A stretch of DNA of 36,622 nt from Octopus sinensis (taxonomy: Eukaryota), in NCBI RefSeq assembly GCF_006345805.1, contig NW_021824670.1, forward strand, positions 1 through 36,622. The letters are read 5' to 3'. Positions within the stretch are counted from its first letter, which is position 1, and every line of letters begins with the position of its first letter. The notes below the pieces were generated by a model. That model saw nothing but the letters and a program-made list of their open reading frames with translations. It searched no databases and was not told the DNA's origin. Shown here in pieces: positions 8,451 to 21,570 of the stretch. Both the position numbers and the translations under genes were made by a program.

Positions 8451-8494
<44 letters not shown>

Positions 8495-8731
8495 GTTACA
8501 CCGGAGTAAACACGTAAATATGAAACAAGGTGGAAAAAAGAGTACTCAAATACCAGTGGTAGAGTAATATGCTTTATTCAAAGCAGCAGGAAATTCAACA
8601 AAACCTGTTACTCTGAGTTTCCCGTTGCCGTTCGTCGGACAGTTTTTGCTAGAAAAAACTGTCCGACGAACGGCAACGGGAAACGAGTAACATGTTTTGT
8701 TGAATTTTCTGCTGCTTTGAATAAAGTATAT
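8495..8731 (-). mobile_element. Penelope-like short element with terminal inversion (75-bp arms, 5-nt loop) and two mirror-image atypical hammerhead motifs
   Basis: 8572-8647 pairs with 8653-8726 around GCTAG; each arm has CTGT-CCGACGA-A-CG(GCAA)CG-G-GAAAC...GTA-ACA and a downstream AATAAA; flanked by (TCTA)n and (TA)n. Confidence 0.7.
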
Positions 8732-8744
8732 ATATTGTTAGGTA

Positions 8745-9730
8745 GATGTGCGAATGTGCGTGTCTGTGTCTGTGTCTGTCTGTGCGCGTATGTGTGTGTA
8801 TGTGTTTCTGTGTCTTTTGTGTGTGTGTGTGTTTGCTTTTGTATCCGTGTGTCTGTCATACGTGCGTGCGCCCAAGTGTGTATATATCTGCCCTTGGGTT
8901 ACTCTATATCCGTAATTGTATGTATGTCCACACGCGCGCTTGTGTGTGTGTGCAGGGATATTTGTGTGCGTGTGTGAATGTGTGTGTGTATTTGCGTGTG
9001 TATTTGTGTGCATCTCGAAGAGTATTTGTCAGTGTGTATGCATTTGAGTGAGCGTATTTGTGTGTGGCCATAAATGTTTGTGCGCGTATATGTGTCTGTG
9101 TTTGTGTGAGCATGTGTGTGTGCATGTGTCTGTATGTGCATGTTCTTTTACATGTGTGTACAGGTGTTTGTCCATTTTTGAGTTGAACGGAAGTTAAACT
9201 AATCTTTAATGCGTTTTACACCCCCGTCTTATCTTCCACCCTAATCTTCTCTATACAGGTCTTAGCAAAACTCGAAACACGTTGAGCACTATACAACTCA
9301 CCCACCGCCACCAACAGCACGAACACCACCACCACCACCACCACCACCACCACCACCGAAACCACCACCACCACCGAAACCACCACCACCACCACCAACA
9401 ACAACAACAACTCTGAAGCATTTGTAATACAGCAGACGAATCGAACATCACTCATTCCGACACGCACATACGTCCGTAGTCATACAAACATACACACACA
9501 CGTACACACACACACCAGTACGGAATGCATACATACATACATAGAGAAACGCGCGTTCTCACACTCGTACGCATACATGTAATATGACACATGCATACAC
9601 GCAGGTACACACGCGCTCGCGCTCGCACATGTTCGTCGTGCACATACATGTAAAAGTACATCCACAAACACAGAAACACACATACACACACACACGCACA
9701 AACACGTACACGCACGCGCACACACACATA
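8745..9730. repeat. Imperfect (GT)n, (CAC)n and (CA)n microsatellite blocks
   Basis: Directly visible, with short unique spacers. Confidence 0.9.
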
Positions 9731-9892
9731 ACATAGACATAAGACACTTCGGAATTCTTATGTTGTCAAAGAACAGAACTAAAGAACGGATGTTGTGCAG
9801 TGTATTTAAGGGGTTTGCCCCTTCAAGGAGTGTGAATATGCTTATATACAATACATATATATATATATTATATATATATATATTATATATAC

Positions 9893-10025
9893 CGGATATG
9901 ACGTGGTTCTTTCAGTTTCGTCTACTAACCACTCATGGCTTTAGTCCCTCGAGTTATTATAGTAGACAACACTTGCCCAGGTGCCACGCAGTGGTTGGTA
10001 AAACAAGCTAACTTACCACACACCC
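9893..10025 (-). mobile_element. Deleted remnant of the SINE head
   Basis: ctttcagtttcgtctac...acacttgcccaggtgccacgcagtggttggtaaaacaagctaacttaccacacacccactcct. Confidence 0.7.
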
Positions 10026-10207
10026 ACTCCTCCTCAACACACACATTATATATATATGTAATATACATATATATGTATATACATATACAGATGTATATAT
10101 ATGGTATACCTATACAGACTAGATATATAGATATTATAGATATATATTATATAATATACAGATGTATATATAATATATATATATATATAGATGTATATAC
10201 ATATACA

Positions 10208-10249
<42 letters not shown>

Positions 10250-10432
10250 CATATACAGATGTATGTATTATATATATATATATACATATATATATATGTT
10301 ATACATATATAGATGTATATGTATATATATATATATATTATATATTATATATATATATACTATGATTATATACATATACAATGTATATATAAATAGATAT
10401 CTATATATATATGTATATACATATACAGATGA

Positions 10433-10464
<32 letters not shown>

Positions 10465-10475
10465 CATATACAGAT

Positions 10476-10508
<33 letters not shown>

Positions 10509-10632
10509 CATATAGATGTATATATATATATATATATATATCTTATATATATATGATATATATTATAGATATGTAGATATACATATACAGATGTATATAT
10601 AATATAATATATATATATGTATATACATATAC

Positions 10633-10690
<58 letters not shown>

Positions 10691-10701
10691 CTATACAGAT
10701 G

Positions 10702-10744
<43 letters not shown>

Positions 10745-10991
10745 GTATATACATATTACAGATGGATATATATATATATATATATATAATTATGTTGAAA
10801 TAGAAAGATGAATATCTGTGTGTAGATTATCAAACACGTGTAGAATGAAAACATGTAGAATGAATAAAACGATTTCTGTTCAATCTGCGTTCAGCTACAT
10901 TTCTTCAATTCACCAATATGTTATAATATATATATATATTATATAGTATATATATACAGATGTAATATATATATATCATATGTATATTTAA

Positions 10992-11041
<50 letters not shown>

Positions 11042-11190
11042 TATATACATATACAGAGTCTATATATATCTATATATTATATATATATATGTATATACAT
11101 ATACAGATGTAATATATATATATATATATATATAGATCTATATGTATATACATAGATAGAGTATCTATGTATTATATTTATATATATATT
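10026..11190. repeat. AT-rich satellite: (TA)n with a recurring GTATATACATATACAGAT unit
   Basis: The unit and close variants recur roughly ten times, separated by variable TA runs. Confidence 0.9.
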
Positions 11191-11349
11191 TGTGTGTGAT
11201 GTGTGTGTGTATGCTTCTTTTCTGACTATGCAAATATGCGCTTGTATGGATGTGTGTGTTTGTGTTGCTTGCAGGTATATGCCTAGAAATATGCATTTTT
11301 ATTTCCTCCGAGTGTGTGGCTGAGAAGAAAAGGAGGTAGGAAAAGAAAA

Positions 11350-11384
<35 letters not shown>

Positions 11385-11805
11385 TGATAGATAGATAGAT
11401 AAAGAGAGAGTGTGTGTGTGTGTGAGTGAGAGAAAGTTTGTTTTTGTGGGTGTGTGGTGCCGTGTGGTGCTGTTTTTATGATGATGATGATGAAGATGAT
11501 AATGATGTTGGTGGTTGTAGTGGTGATGATAATGATGGCATCATCATCATTATGATCATCATCCCCATAATCAGTAGCACCGCTACAATTCCAACCACCA
11601 ATACCACCAGCCAGCCGTCGTTACGATCAGCTCCGCCAAATCCAGTCTTAATCATAAAACTTAAATGCCATTCTCTTTTCACACACTCATATACATACAT
11701 ACATATATATATACTTTGATACTTTGATACTTTGATAGGTTTCGGCCATTATTGGCCCAGGCCATGTCTAACTTAATAGCACCACCGGTGAAGTCTTTCA
11801 GTCAG

Positions 11806-14760
11806 TCAGAATTTGGGCACTATGGCCCACTCAAGTAGAGAGTTATTGTTTACAGAGACATATCCGGGTGTAGGGGGTTTATCCGGGATTTCTTGAAGGA
11901 ATCTGTCAAAGACTTCTTGAACCCTATAGGGTCAGTTTCTGTTTTAATGTGTTTTTGGTGTAATGTTAAAGAGAGCGGGGCCAATTGAGGTGAAATAATT
12001 GTGCCGTATTGTTGTTATGAGATGAGAGTGCGATTTTTGTTTGGGCGGATGGCACGGGGCCAAGCCTTGGATGTACCTTAAAGGTGATGCCAACATCATT
12101 TGGGCAATGCTGATGGAATATTTTCCACATCATGCAGATGATGTAGCGCTCACGACGACGTTGGAGAGAATAGAGTTTTAGCTTTTCTAGTCGACCCCAA
12201 TAGTCGAGGCCTGTCATGCCATCTATCTTTTTTGTGATTGCCCTTTGAGGTGGTGCTTCAACTTTTATGATACCTTGTATTGTGTGGGGAGACCACAGTG
12301 GACAACAGTATTCAAGGTGGGGTCGGGCAAAAGTGGAGAAGAGAAGGATAATGGTGTGGATATCTCTCGACTGGAAAGTTCTGAGAATCCAGGAACACAC
12401 ATTCTGCGGGCCATGTCAACTTTGTGTTTATATGAGTGGCCCAGCTTACGTTGTTGTCCACAATTACTCCCAAGTCTCTGATGTTGTTGGACGCCGCGAG
12501 AGTTTCACCTGAAGGAAGGGAGTATGGGAGTTTCAGGGCATCCTCTTTTCCAAAGTGGATTAGCTCAAATTTATCCTCGTTCAGCAGCATATTGTTTTTT
12601 TCTGCCCATTGGATAACAGCCAGTAGATCTGACTGAAGGCATGTCCGGTCACTCGCCTCATTTATGACCTTCTGTAGCTTGGAGTCATCTGCCAAAGATT
12701 TTTATGTTGGTGCTTGATGATGTCATTAATGTCATTAATGTAAATGATGAAAAGAAGGGGGCCCAGCACAGTGCCTTGCGGAACGCCACTACTGACTTTG
12801 GCTGGGCTTGATTTTACCCCTTCAACTACAACATGTTGAGATCTGTCTGTCAGGAAAAACTTAATCCATTTCAGTAACTTTCCAGAGACACCAATGTTGG
12901 ATAGTTTTTCAATAGGATCTTGTGATCGACCCTGTCGAAGGCCTTACTGAAATCAAGGTAGATGACATCGGTGTTGGAGCCCTCTCCCAAAGCTCTCAAA
13001 ATGTCCTCAAAGTGATGCAGGAGCTGCGTTAGGCAGTCCCTTCCATTACGGAACCCATGTTGGTTGGAGATCAGCCGTCTGTTGCTTTCCAGAAATTGGG
13101 TTATTCGAGATCTCACCACCCTCTCAAATACCTTGATGATATGAGAGGTGAGTGAGATCGGACGGTAATTCACTGCAAGGGACTTGTTTCCCTTTTGAAA
13201 ACTGGGACAACAGACTGGGACAGAAGGTTTTTTGGAATATAGCCAGCATCCAGTGAGTTTCTCCACAGATTAGCAAGGGGAGATGCAAGTTGGTGTCGAC
13301 ACACCTTCAGGACACAAGCAGGGAACCTATCGGGGCCTACTGCTGAATTGTGTTTTATTCGTTTATCGCCGCTAAGACATCAGGGGCACTAAACGTTATG
13401 TCCGATATAGTGTGTTGGGGGTTGACATCACTGATACAGCCCAGATCGGCCATATCAGGATTGCTGAAAACAGAGCAGTATTGTTTCTGCAGTATCTCGG
13501 CCATGGATTTGGCATTATCTTGGAGAGTGCCAGTTTCGTCAATTAGAGGGCCTACAGTGGAGACAGTGACCCTGCGTTTCCTCGCAAATGAAAAGAACAC
13601 TTTGGGGTTGAGTTTGATTTTTTCAATGGCCCACTTCTCCTCAGCTGATCTTGGTTATTGATGAGGGTCTTCATGCATTGTTGGAGGTTATATTTTTGGA
13701 TTCAAGCAGTGCGATAGCCGTCGAATGTGTGTGTTGCTGTTGGCAGTACTTTAGTTTGTGTAATTTTTTGTTTGTTCTTTTTATTTTTCTGATAATGGTT
13801 TTTCTGTTTTGGGGGATTCTGCACTTTTTGTTCACAGGTCTTGGGGGGAGTGTTTTGCACATATGTCTGTGACGGTGTCTACAAAGATCTGCCAAGATGT
13901 TTTATGGTTGGTGGAGAGTGTGTATGTGTAAAGGACCAGTCAACATTTGATAGCTCGTTCCTGATTGCATCCCAGTTGGCTTTATGGAGATCCATGTTGT
14001 CAAATGGGTGGGCTGGAGGAAGGTCACTAGGATTAGCTTTCGGCTGGTGGAATTTCATGTTACAGAGAACCATGTCATGGTCTGAAAGAAGGGTTTTTTC
14101 CACTGTAACGTTATGTATAGTGTTAGTGTGGTTACTAAACACTAGGTCCAAAATGTTCTGATGTCTTGTTGGTGCAAGGACAAGTTGGGACAAGAAAAAC
14201 TCATTCGTAAAGTCGAAAAGTGACTCTGCTGCTTCTTTGTCAGCGGGTTGAGGCGGGAGTGCTTGGTTTCAAACAGTTTGTAGTCCAGTCAACACAGGGT
14301 AGATTGAAGTCTCCCATCATGAGTATGTTGCTAGAATGGCACTGTTGAATAAAGCACTTAATGCTGTTGAGGCATTCTTTAAAGCACAGTATGGGTGTTT
14401 GGGGCGGCCTATAGAGCCCAATTACTGTCAGGTCATTGGCTTTGTTGTGCACGGTGACTGATTCACAGTAGCCGTTGGAGAATATACTATTTCCATCTGC
14501 CGTAAATGAATCATGCAGGAAAATGGCAGTTCCACCCTTCTCCTGCCGATACGATCCGCGCGGATGGTTGTTGGAATTCTCACTCTCACTTCGGCTTCCA
14601 AGTGGGAGTGTCAAGGTGGGTCTCAGTGAGAATGAAGAAAGGGATGTGGTGTGAATGGTTACCAATCCAGTCTTCAATGAATTGGACCTTCCATTTTTGT
14701 GCATTGATGGAAGGCTGACACTTGTGCATTGAGTAGGAATGTGGAGGTTAGTGTAGTGGC
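11806..14760 (-). pseudogene. LINE ORF2 (AP endonuclease + reverse transcriptase), frameshifted
   Basis: Motifs ETHL, GGTAIF, IGLYRPP, MGDFNLP, HQNILDLVF, SDH; VNYRPISLTSHIIKVFERVV, NQHGFR, VIYLDFSKAFDRVDH, F-ADD (1-nt insertion near 12694), LQRRRERY; stop after LLEWAIVPKF at 11806-11808. Confidence 0.93.
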
Positions 14761-14789
14761 TGGTTTTGACTGTTGCAGGGGGCTTGGAT

Positions 14790-15378
14790 TTTGGTGTGTG
14801 TTAGTGGCAGCAATGTGGGGAATTGGTGCACGGGGTAATAGCATAGGATGGTGTTGAGTGATGGCTTAGAATGTTTTTGTGTATCTCTTTGCCATGTTCA
14901 ACATGGCTAAAAAAGAATTTTCCTGCTTAGGGAGCAGTTTTTGGCTGGAGGTGTGGTGCCTGTTGGATAGGGTTGTAGTTTCCACTGTTGTTGTTGTGTT
15001 TTTGTGTCTTCCTGAAAAGACTGGACCAGCATTACTGCAGCATGGTGTGTTTCTATTTTTATTGTTATTCAGGTCTGGTGTGTGTGGCTTGAGGCCCCGT
15101 TTGTTTGTGGCGTCGGGTCCCTGGAAGATGAGTGAAGGGACAGTCAATCAGTAGACATGTTCTTCACGTTGGGAATACCGGCAGATTTGGGGACTCCGAG
15201 TTGTGTGGTGTTTGAATTTCGATTTACTATTTGGTGGTGTTGATGTTATTGTGGGATGCGTGCTTTGGCCTTGGCCGGTGGTAGTGCGTCTAGTGCCGGG
15301 TAGATGCGGTGAAGATGCAGTCACTATTTGTGCAGAGTCTCTGGCGCAGTGAATAGCGGCATATTTGGGGATTCTTGT
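14790..15378 (-). pseudogene. LINE ORF1 C-terminal remnant with two CCCH zinc fingers
   Basis: PQICRYSLRQRLCTNSDCIFT/HLPGTRR and PQICRYSQR/RTCLLIDCPFTHLPGTRR, each needing one 1-nt frameshift correction. Confidence 0.7.
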
Positions 15379-15444
15379 TTGTATGTATGCATGTATGTAT
15401 GTATGTATGTATGTATGATGTATGTATGTATGTATGTACGTATG

Positions 15445-15502
<58 letters not shown>

Positions 15503-15633
15503 GTGTGAGGCATTTATGTGTAATAATGCCCTCTATACATATATATATATATATATAACATACATAAAACATACACTCGCACAATATATATAATATATAC
15601 GTATATATCTATAAGCCTACATGAGTATATATA

Positions 15634-15672
<39 letters not shown>

Positions 15673-16218
15673 GCATAGTTACACATCTATCCATCTTACA
15701 TCCATCTATACATTCTTGCACTGATAAAGAAGCAAAACTCTTATGTACTCGTTGCTTTATTTACCCAAGCTGAAGTAGCAAACTTGAATTCTTCCGGTAA
15801 TTTTACTGGCCATTACGAGCAAATTAATGGCGGCAACGTTAAATATGGCCGCCACTTCACTTCGCCTATTAAAACATTTCATGGGCAACCCTGTTCATTT
15901 TCAATTGTATTTGACACTCTTGTGAAATTTTTGATATTTTGTTTATCTCATTATTTGTTGTTTGGTACATGCATGCATGCATACATACATATATACATAC
16001 ATACATACATACATACATACATACATACATACATACATACGTACGTACATAAATAGATAAATACGTAGTTCATACATGCATCTATCTTATCTATCTATCT
16101 ATCTATCTATATTGTCTGTCTGTCTGTATGTGTGTGTGCATGTGTGGTTGTGGGTGTGTATATATATATATATATATAATATATAATATATAATTTTACA
16201 TATATATATTATGTACAC

Positions 16219-16254
<36 letters not shown>

Positions 16255-16830
16255 TATTTTCTCGATAAATTTTTGAGCGTTAGGACGATTATACCAGAAA
16301 ACCCTATTTTGTCGGGTACGTTCTGAGTCTGCGCAGTGATTGAATAGTTTAGAAAGAGCAATTTAATAGACGCATGTGCCCTATTAATGTGCGCTTCCCA
16401 TAATAACAGGAATCTTACTGAAGTGCCTACCTGAGTAAATAAATATTATTTTTATTGCTGAAATAGGCGAAAATGCAGTCTAAGAAGAACTAAGTTTGTA
16501 AAAGTTTTTTAATTTTCATCTCATTAATTTATCCAGCTTTTGTGTTTCTGGTACACACTTCGCCTTTTAATGTACTTATATATGAATAATTATGGCGTGT
16601 CCCAGAACACCAGCGATAATAATTATTTTATTGTACGCATTTGACTTTGTTTACACACACACATATATATATATATATATCATATATATATATTATATAT
16701 ATATATATATATATAATATATATATATATAATACAGACATATATATATACGTACATAATTATATCTATAGTTATCAATCTGTCTGTCTGTCTGTCCTCTT
16801 TCTCTCTCTCTCTCTCTCTCATCCTCTCTC

Positions 16831-16891
<61 letters not shown>

Positions 16892-17064
16892 CGATAGATA
16901 ATAGATAGATATTACCGAATATATACTTGTTGCTTATTTTGATTATATATATATATTATATATATATATATCTATATAATTTGGATGAAGTGAAATTAAA
17001 TTGAACAAGAATGTTTTAACATCAGAAAATCTTCGTGTAAACACTTTAACTGTACTCTTTTTAC

Positions 17065-17315
17065 TCTCTTTTACTTGTTTTAGTCATTTGACTGTGGCCG
17101 TGCTGGAGCACCGCCTTTAGTCGAGCGAATCGACCCCAGGACTTATTCTTTGTAAGCTTCGTACTTATTCTATTGGTCTCTTTCGCCGAACCGCTAAGTT
17201 ACAGGACGTAAACACATCAGCATCGGTTGTCAATCGAAGTTAGGGGCACAAACACAGACACACATACGCACAAACACACACACACATATACATATACGTA
17301 TATACGACGGGCTTC
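17065..17315 (-). mobile_element. 3' two-thirds of the tRNA-headed SINE
   Basis: (ctctttta)n tail, gactgtggccgtgctggagcaccgcc, through gacgggcttctttcag. Confidence 0.9.
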
Positions 17316-17409
17316 TTTCAGCTGACTTTTGTTGACATTTTCAACATATCTTTGTGAAAACATCTCGAACTGGAAGCAATAACAGCATATCGGTGTAAGT
17401 TTGAGTGGG

Positions 17410-17690
17410 ACTACCCACAAGGGGCTAAACTCCGACCGGACAAACAAGGATAGACAAACGGATTAAGTCTATTACATCGACCCCAGTGTGTAACTGGTAC
17501 TTATTTAATCGAACCCGAAATGCTGAAAGGCAAACTCGACCTCGGCGGATTTTGAACTCAGAACACAGCGGCAGACGAAATACCTATTTCTTTACTAACC
17601 ACAAGGGGCTAAACACAGAGAGGACAAACAAGAACAGACAAACGGATTAAGTCGATTATATCGACCCCGAAAGGATGAAAGGCATGAATT
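17410..17690 (-). mobile_element. Second SINE family (Meta/Nin-type central domain, from memory), head-to-tail partial dimer
   Basis: ccacaaggggctaaac at 17415 and 17599; atcgaccccgaaaggatgaaaggc and gacctcggcggattttgaactcagaac (B box on the minus strand). Confidence 0.75.
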
Positions 17691-19993
17691 TTGTCACAAG
17701 GGTACATGTTCAATATTAACCTTCGATAAGAATATCAGTTTAAATCATGCGTTTATGCAAACGAGTTATTTGAATTCTTATTCTATTTTAAATCCCTTAG
17801 CCTTAATTAAATTTTGGAATGTTATTGCAGAAACTATATTAGAGTTAGACTATGAGGAGTGAGGTATACTCCCAATGTTGCAGTTGTATGTGAATTTCAT
17901 TGAATAATTACCGAAACTCTTCTCGTCATTCTTTTGTAAGTTGATGGTCCTCCATCAGTTTCTTCATTCGTTGAAGCAGCAAAAAAAAAATAGCGGCCAT
18001 TCTAAAGTAAGTATATTGTGGCTAACAATACAGCCGTTCGGATTTGTCACTTAACATTTAATCAATGAAGCCTTGCTAATATTTTGCTTATAACTTCTGT
18101 TGATTCTTTCGAACTTATGAGAGTTGATCTACAACTCTGAGGAAAAAAGAATCATTGGCTCTGAGCTCTTTTGATAATCTTCCTCCCAGTTAGAAAGCAT
18201 GAAAATTGTACCCCATTCAAGTAGGAGTTATTATTGACTGACATATATCTAGGCAGAGGTGTTTTGTCTGGTATCACTTCGTATGTAGTCTAATGATCCG
18301 TAACGTGAAATTCCAGCGAACTTCTGCTGACTCTTTCTCCACAATTTTCTCTCATTCTTTCCTCCTGCATCTTGCAGCTCACCTGCGATGGACCGGCGTC
18401 CCGTCCAGGTGGGGAACCTATACGCCAAGGAAACCGGAAACCGGCCCTTATGAGCCAGGCATGGCTCGAGAAGGAACAAACAATACTTAAATAAACATTA
18501 TTTTCTATCTTACTGTTAGTTTTGTATCATTTTGAAAAATAAAAAATTATTTAATGGTATGTTTTTTTTAATATTTTGAACTACATATATATGTGGGTAC
18601 CAAAATCTTTAAAGGTCTTAGGGCCTCTATGGATCTTAATTCAGCCTTGTCTTCAAGTAATAAAGCGCCGTCAAATGGGCCTATTCGAAATGCACACAAA
18701 GCAACGAAGCCATTTGGCAAACACATCTTCGTTGCCTGACTATGGCTGCTTTTCTGAAATTTGACAAAATTCTGTTGTTGCGTGCAGGACACATCCAATT
18801 ATCGGTCGAGATCATCGTGTGTAGATCACCCTACCGCCTTCCTTTGGACGAGAATGGCAGAAAGATTTTCGTCTGATTTGGTGGCTATGGTGAGAGATGT
18901 TGGTAAGGTGGATGTGACTAAAAAATACTTTGGACAGACTCTTTCATCGATTTGTTCAAGTTCTATTTGGAGAGGAATATGAGGACAGAGATACAGGTGC
19001 AGCTCCCAGTAAATTTATTCAAAAGAACGAGAGTGTTGAACATAGCCTGAGTGACTGAGCCTCCTCTTAATATGCGCCTGTAAATTGGGAAAAATAGCTG
19101 GGAAAAGTAGCTGGGATAGGGGATTGACTTTTGTTAACCCTAATCCTAACCCTAACCAGGATAATCCTGCGCTTGAGCAATCTTTTAGTGGGCCGCAGAT
19201 AGAGGTCTTCTTTTGGGGATATTTAGATATTTTGTACGATGTATTTGCTTTCAGATTTCATTTCACATTATCTAAATTTCCTCGTGAGCCCCTCTCCCCA
19301 TTCGTTGTAACCTGTCGTTCTGTATTCCCTCATTGGTTCATGTCGGTTAAATGAGGGAAGTGCTCAATACCTGTAGAGCATATGGCTATTTTCCTTATTA
19401 AAATTGAACCTGAAAACAGATTTTCGCCTGAAGTTCGCAATGGCGTGAAACACAACTCGTAAGGTAAACTTTCAGCTTCAGTTCTCATTAAAACCATAAG
19501 CATACACATATATACACACATATATACACACACATATAGACACACACATACACATGTGTGTGTCTATACATGAGGATATATGCCTGAACACATACTCACA
19601 CCTATATATGTGGGAAGCTGACTTTTCACATCTTAATTAGGCTACAGGAAGAATTTTTCTTCGAGAGTGCTCGAAACTATAAAGAATTAAAACTATAAAA
19701 AAACGTCTATGCGAAAGCAAAAAATAAAACCAATGGAAAAACCTAGAACATATTGATACAAAGCAGATACTACATGTGAATATTCATACATAGGAAATAC
19801 GTTGTAAGCAAAACCTATGAAGCTGTGAATTTGTGTACATATGTATAAACCATACATAAATATATCTATATATACACATACTTGCATATAAACAGACACA
19901 TACACAGACACATTCACATATCCAAATATATATTTATACATATCTTTGCTTTTTATGTACGTAAATATATAAATATGTATGTACCTGTAAGAA

Positions 19994-19994
<1 letters not shown>

Positions 19995-20054
<60 letters not shown>

Positions 20055-20100
20055 CTATCTATCTATCTATCTATCTGTCTATCTATCTATCTATCTATCT

Positions 20101-20150
<50 letters not shown>

Positions 20151-20151
20151 G

Positions 20152-20210
<59 letters not shown>

Positions 20211-20211
20211 G

Positions 20212-20259
<48 letters not shown>

Positions 20260-20315
20260 CTATCTATCTATCTATCTATCTATCTTCTATCTATCTATCT
20301 CTGTCTATCTATCTG

Positions 20316-20348
<33 letters not shown>

Positions 20349-20378
20349 ATTTCTATCTATCTATCTTCTATCTATCTG

Positions 20379-20418
<40 letters not shown>

Positions 20419-20442
20419 CTATAATATCTGTCTATCTATCTG

Positions 20443-20516
<74 letters not shown>

Positions 20517-20620
20517 GTCTGTCTGTTTGTCTGTTCGTCTGTTCGTCTGTCTGTCTGTCTGTCTGTCTCTCTGTCAGTCAGTCTGTCTATATATCTGTTT
20601 GTCTGTCTATCTGTCTGTTT
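19995..20620. repeat. Long (TCTA)n / (TCTG)n tetranucleotide microsatellite
   Basis: Directly visible; source of the poly-(LSIY) ORF 19882-20424. Confidence 0.97.
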
Positions 20621-21077
20621 GTCTGCATGTATGTTATGTACTTATAAAACACAATACAGATACTAATACACATGTACACGCGTATACATATACGCGCACT
20701 CAAACGATTGCGTCTGTGCTTGCGTGTGTAGACATATTCGCAGAACGCATACGCTACACACACACACAAATAAACATACGCACACAAACACTCACACACA
20801 CACACACACTCACACTCAGAGACACAGTGTTGAATCGTTGATAATAGATACAAACAATTGGCACGCCATTTTGATTGAGCATGATGACAAAAGATGGCTG
20901 CATACAAAATATAAATTAGACCCCAAGAGCAAATGGCTGCCCCTTCCTGCCATCACCACCACCAACAACAAAACCAACACCACTACCACCACTACCGCCA
21001 CCACAGCCCCCTCATTGCGGAGGTTCAATGACAGAAGCTTGTAAATGAATAAAAAAATGACATTTGTGATTGTTGCT

Positions 21078-21097
21078 ATACTAGTAGTAGTAGTAGC

Positions 21098-21169
<72 letters not shown>

Positions 21170-21221
21170 GGTGGTGTTGGTGGTGGTGGTTGTGGTAGTG
21201 GTGGTGGTGGAGGTGGTGGTG

Positions 21222-21253
<32 letters not shown>

Positions 21254-21340
21254 TGCAGCAGCAGCAGTAGCATTATAAATAGATATTGATGATGATGATG
21301 ATGGTGGTGGTCGTGGTGGTCGTGGTGATGGTTGTGATGG
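21078..21340. repeat. (TAG)n/(TGG)n trinucleotide microsatellite
   Basis: Directly visible; source of the poly-V and poly-P ORFs. Confidence 0.95.
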
Positions 21341-21404
21341 TATAAATGACGTTAGTCGTTGTGGTGAGGGTGTTGGATATTCTTATATTTATTATATCAT
21401 ATGA

Positions 21405-21570
21405 TTGGTGAGCTGGCAGAATTGTTAGCACACCGAACGAAATGCTTAGCGGTACTTTACCCGTAGCTACGTTCTGAGTTCAAATTCCGCTGAGGTGGCC
21501 TTAGTCTTCCATCCTTTCTGGGTCGATAAAATAAGTACTAGTTGAACACTGGTACTTATTTTATCCTAAG
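21405..21570 (+). mobile_element. Second SINE family, 5' part
   Basis: ggtgagctggcagaattgttagc (A box), ctgagttcaaattcc (B box), tccatcctttctgggtcgataaaataagtac domain. Confidence 0.8.

Larger units (their letters stand above)
11711..15378 (-). mobile_element. Near full-length CR1/L2-group LINE (family A), 5'-truncated within ORF1
   Basis: ORF1 remnant with CCCH fingers, AP endonuclease, RT, short 3' UTR with GGCC-AATAAT-GGCC hairpin and (ATCAAAGT)3 tail at 11713-11736. Confidence 0.95.

Noticed and set aside
11737-11770. Hairpin + GAAAC at the LINE 3' end resembling half a hammerhead
   Set aside because: There is no CUGANGA box or stems I and III; it is better explained as the LINE 3' recognition stem-loop.
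18250-19080. ORFs of 62-76 aa in complex sequence
   Set aside because: No recognisable motif in the frames I translated; 18373-18485 looks like a repeat tail, so this is probably old transposon debris.
19133-19162. Telomere-like (CCCTAA)n
   Set aside because: Only about four imperfect units; this is common inside invertebrate repeats and is not evidence of a telomere or fusion site.
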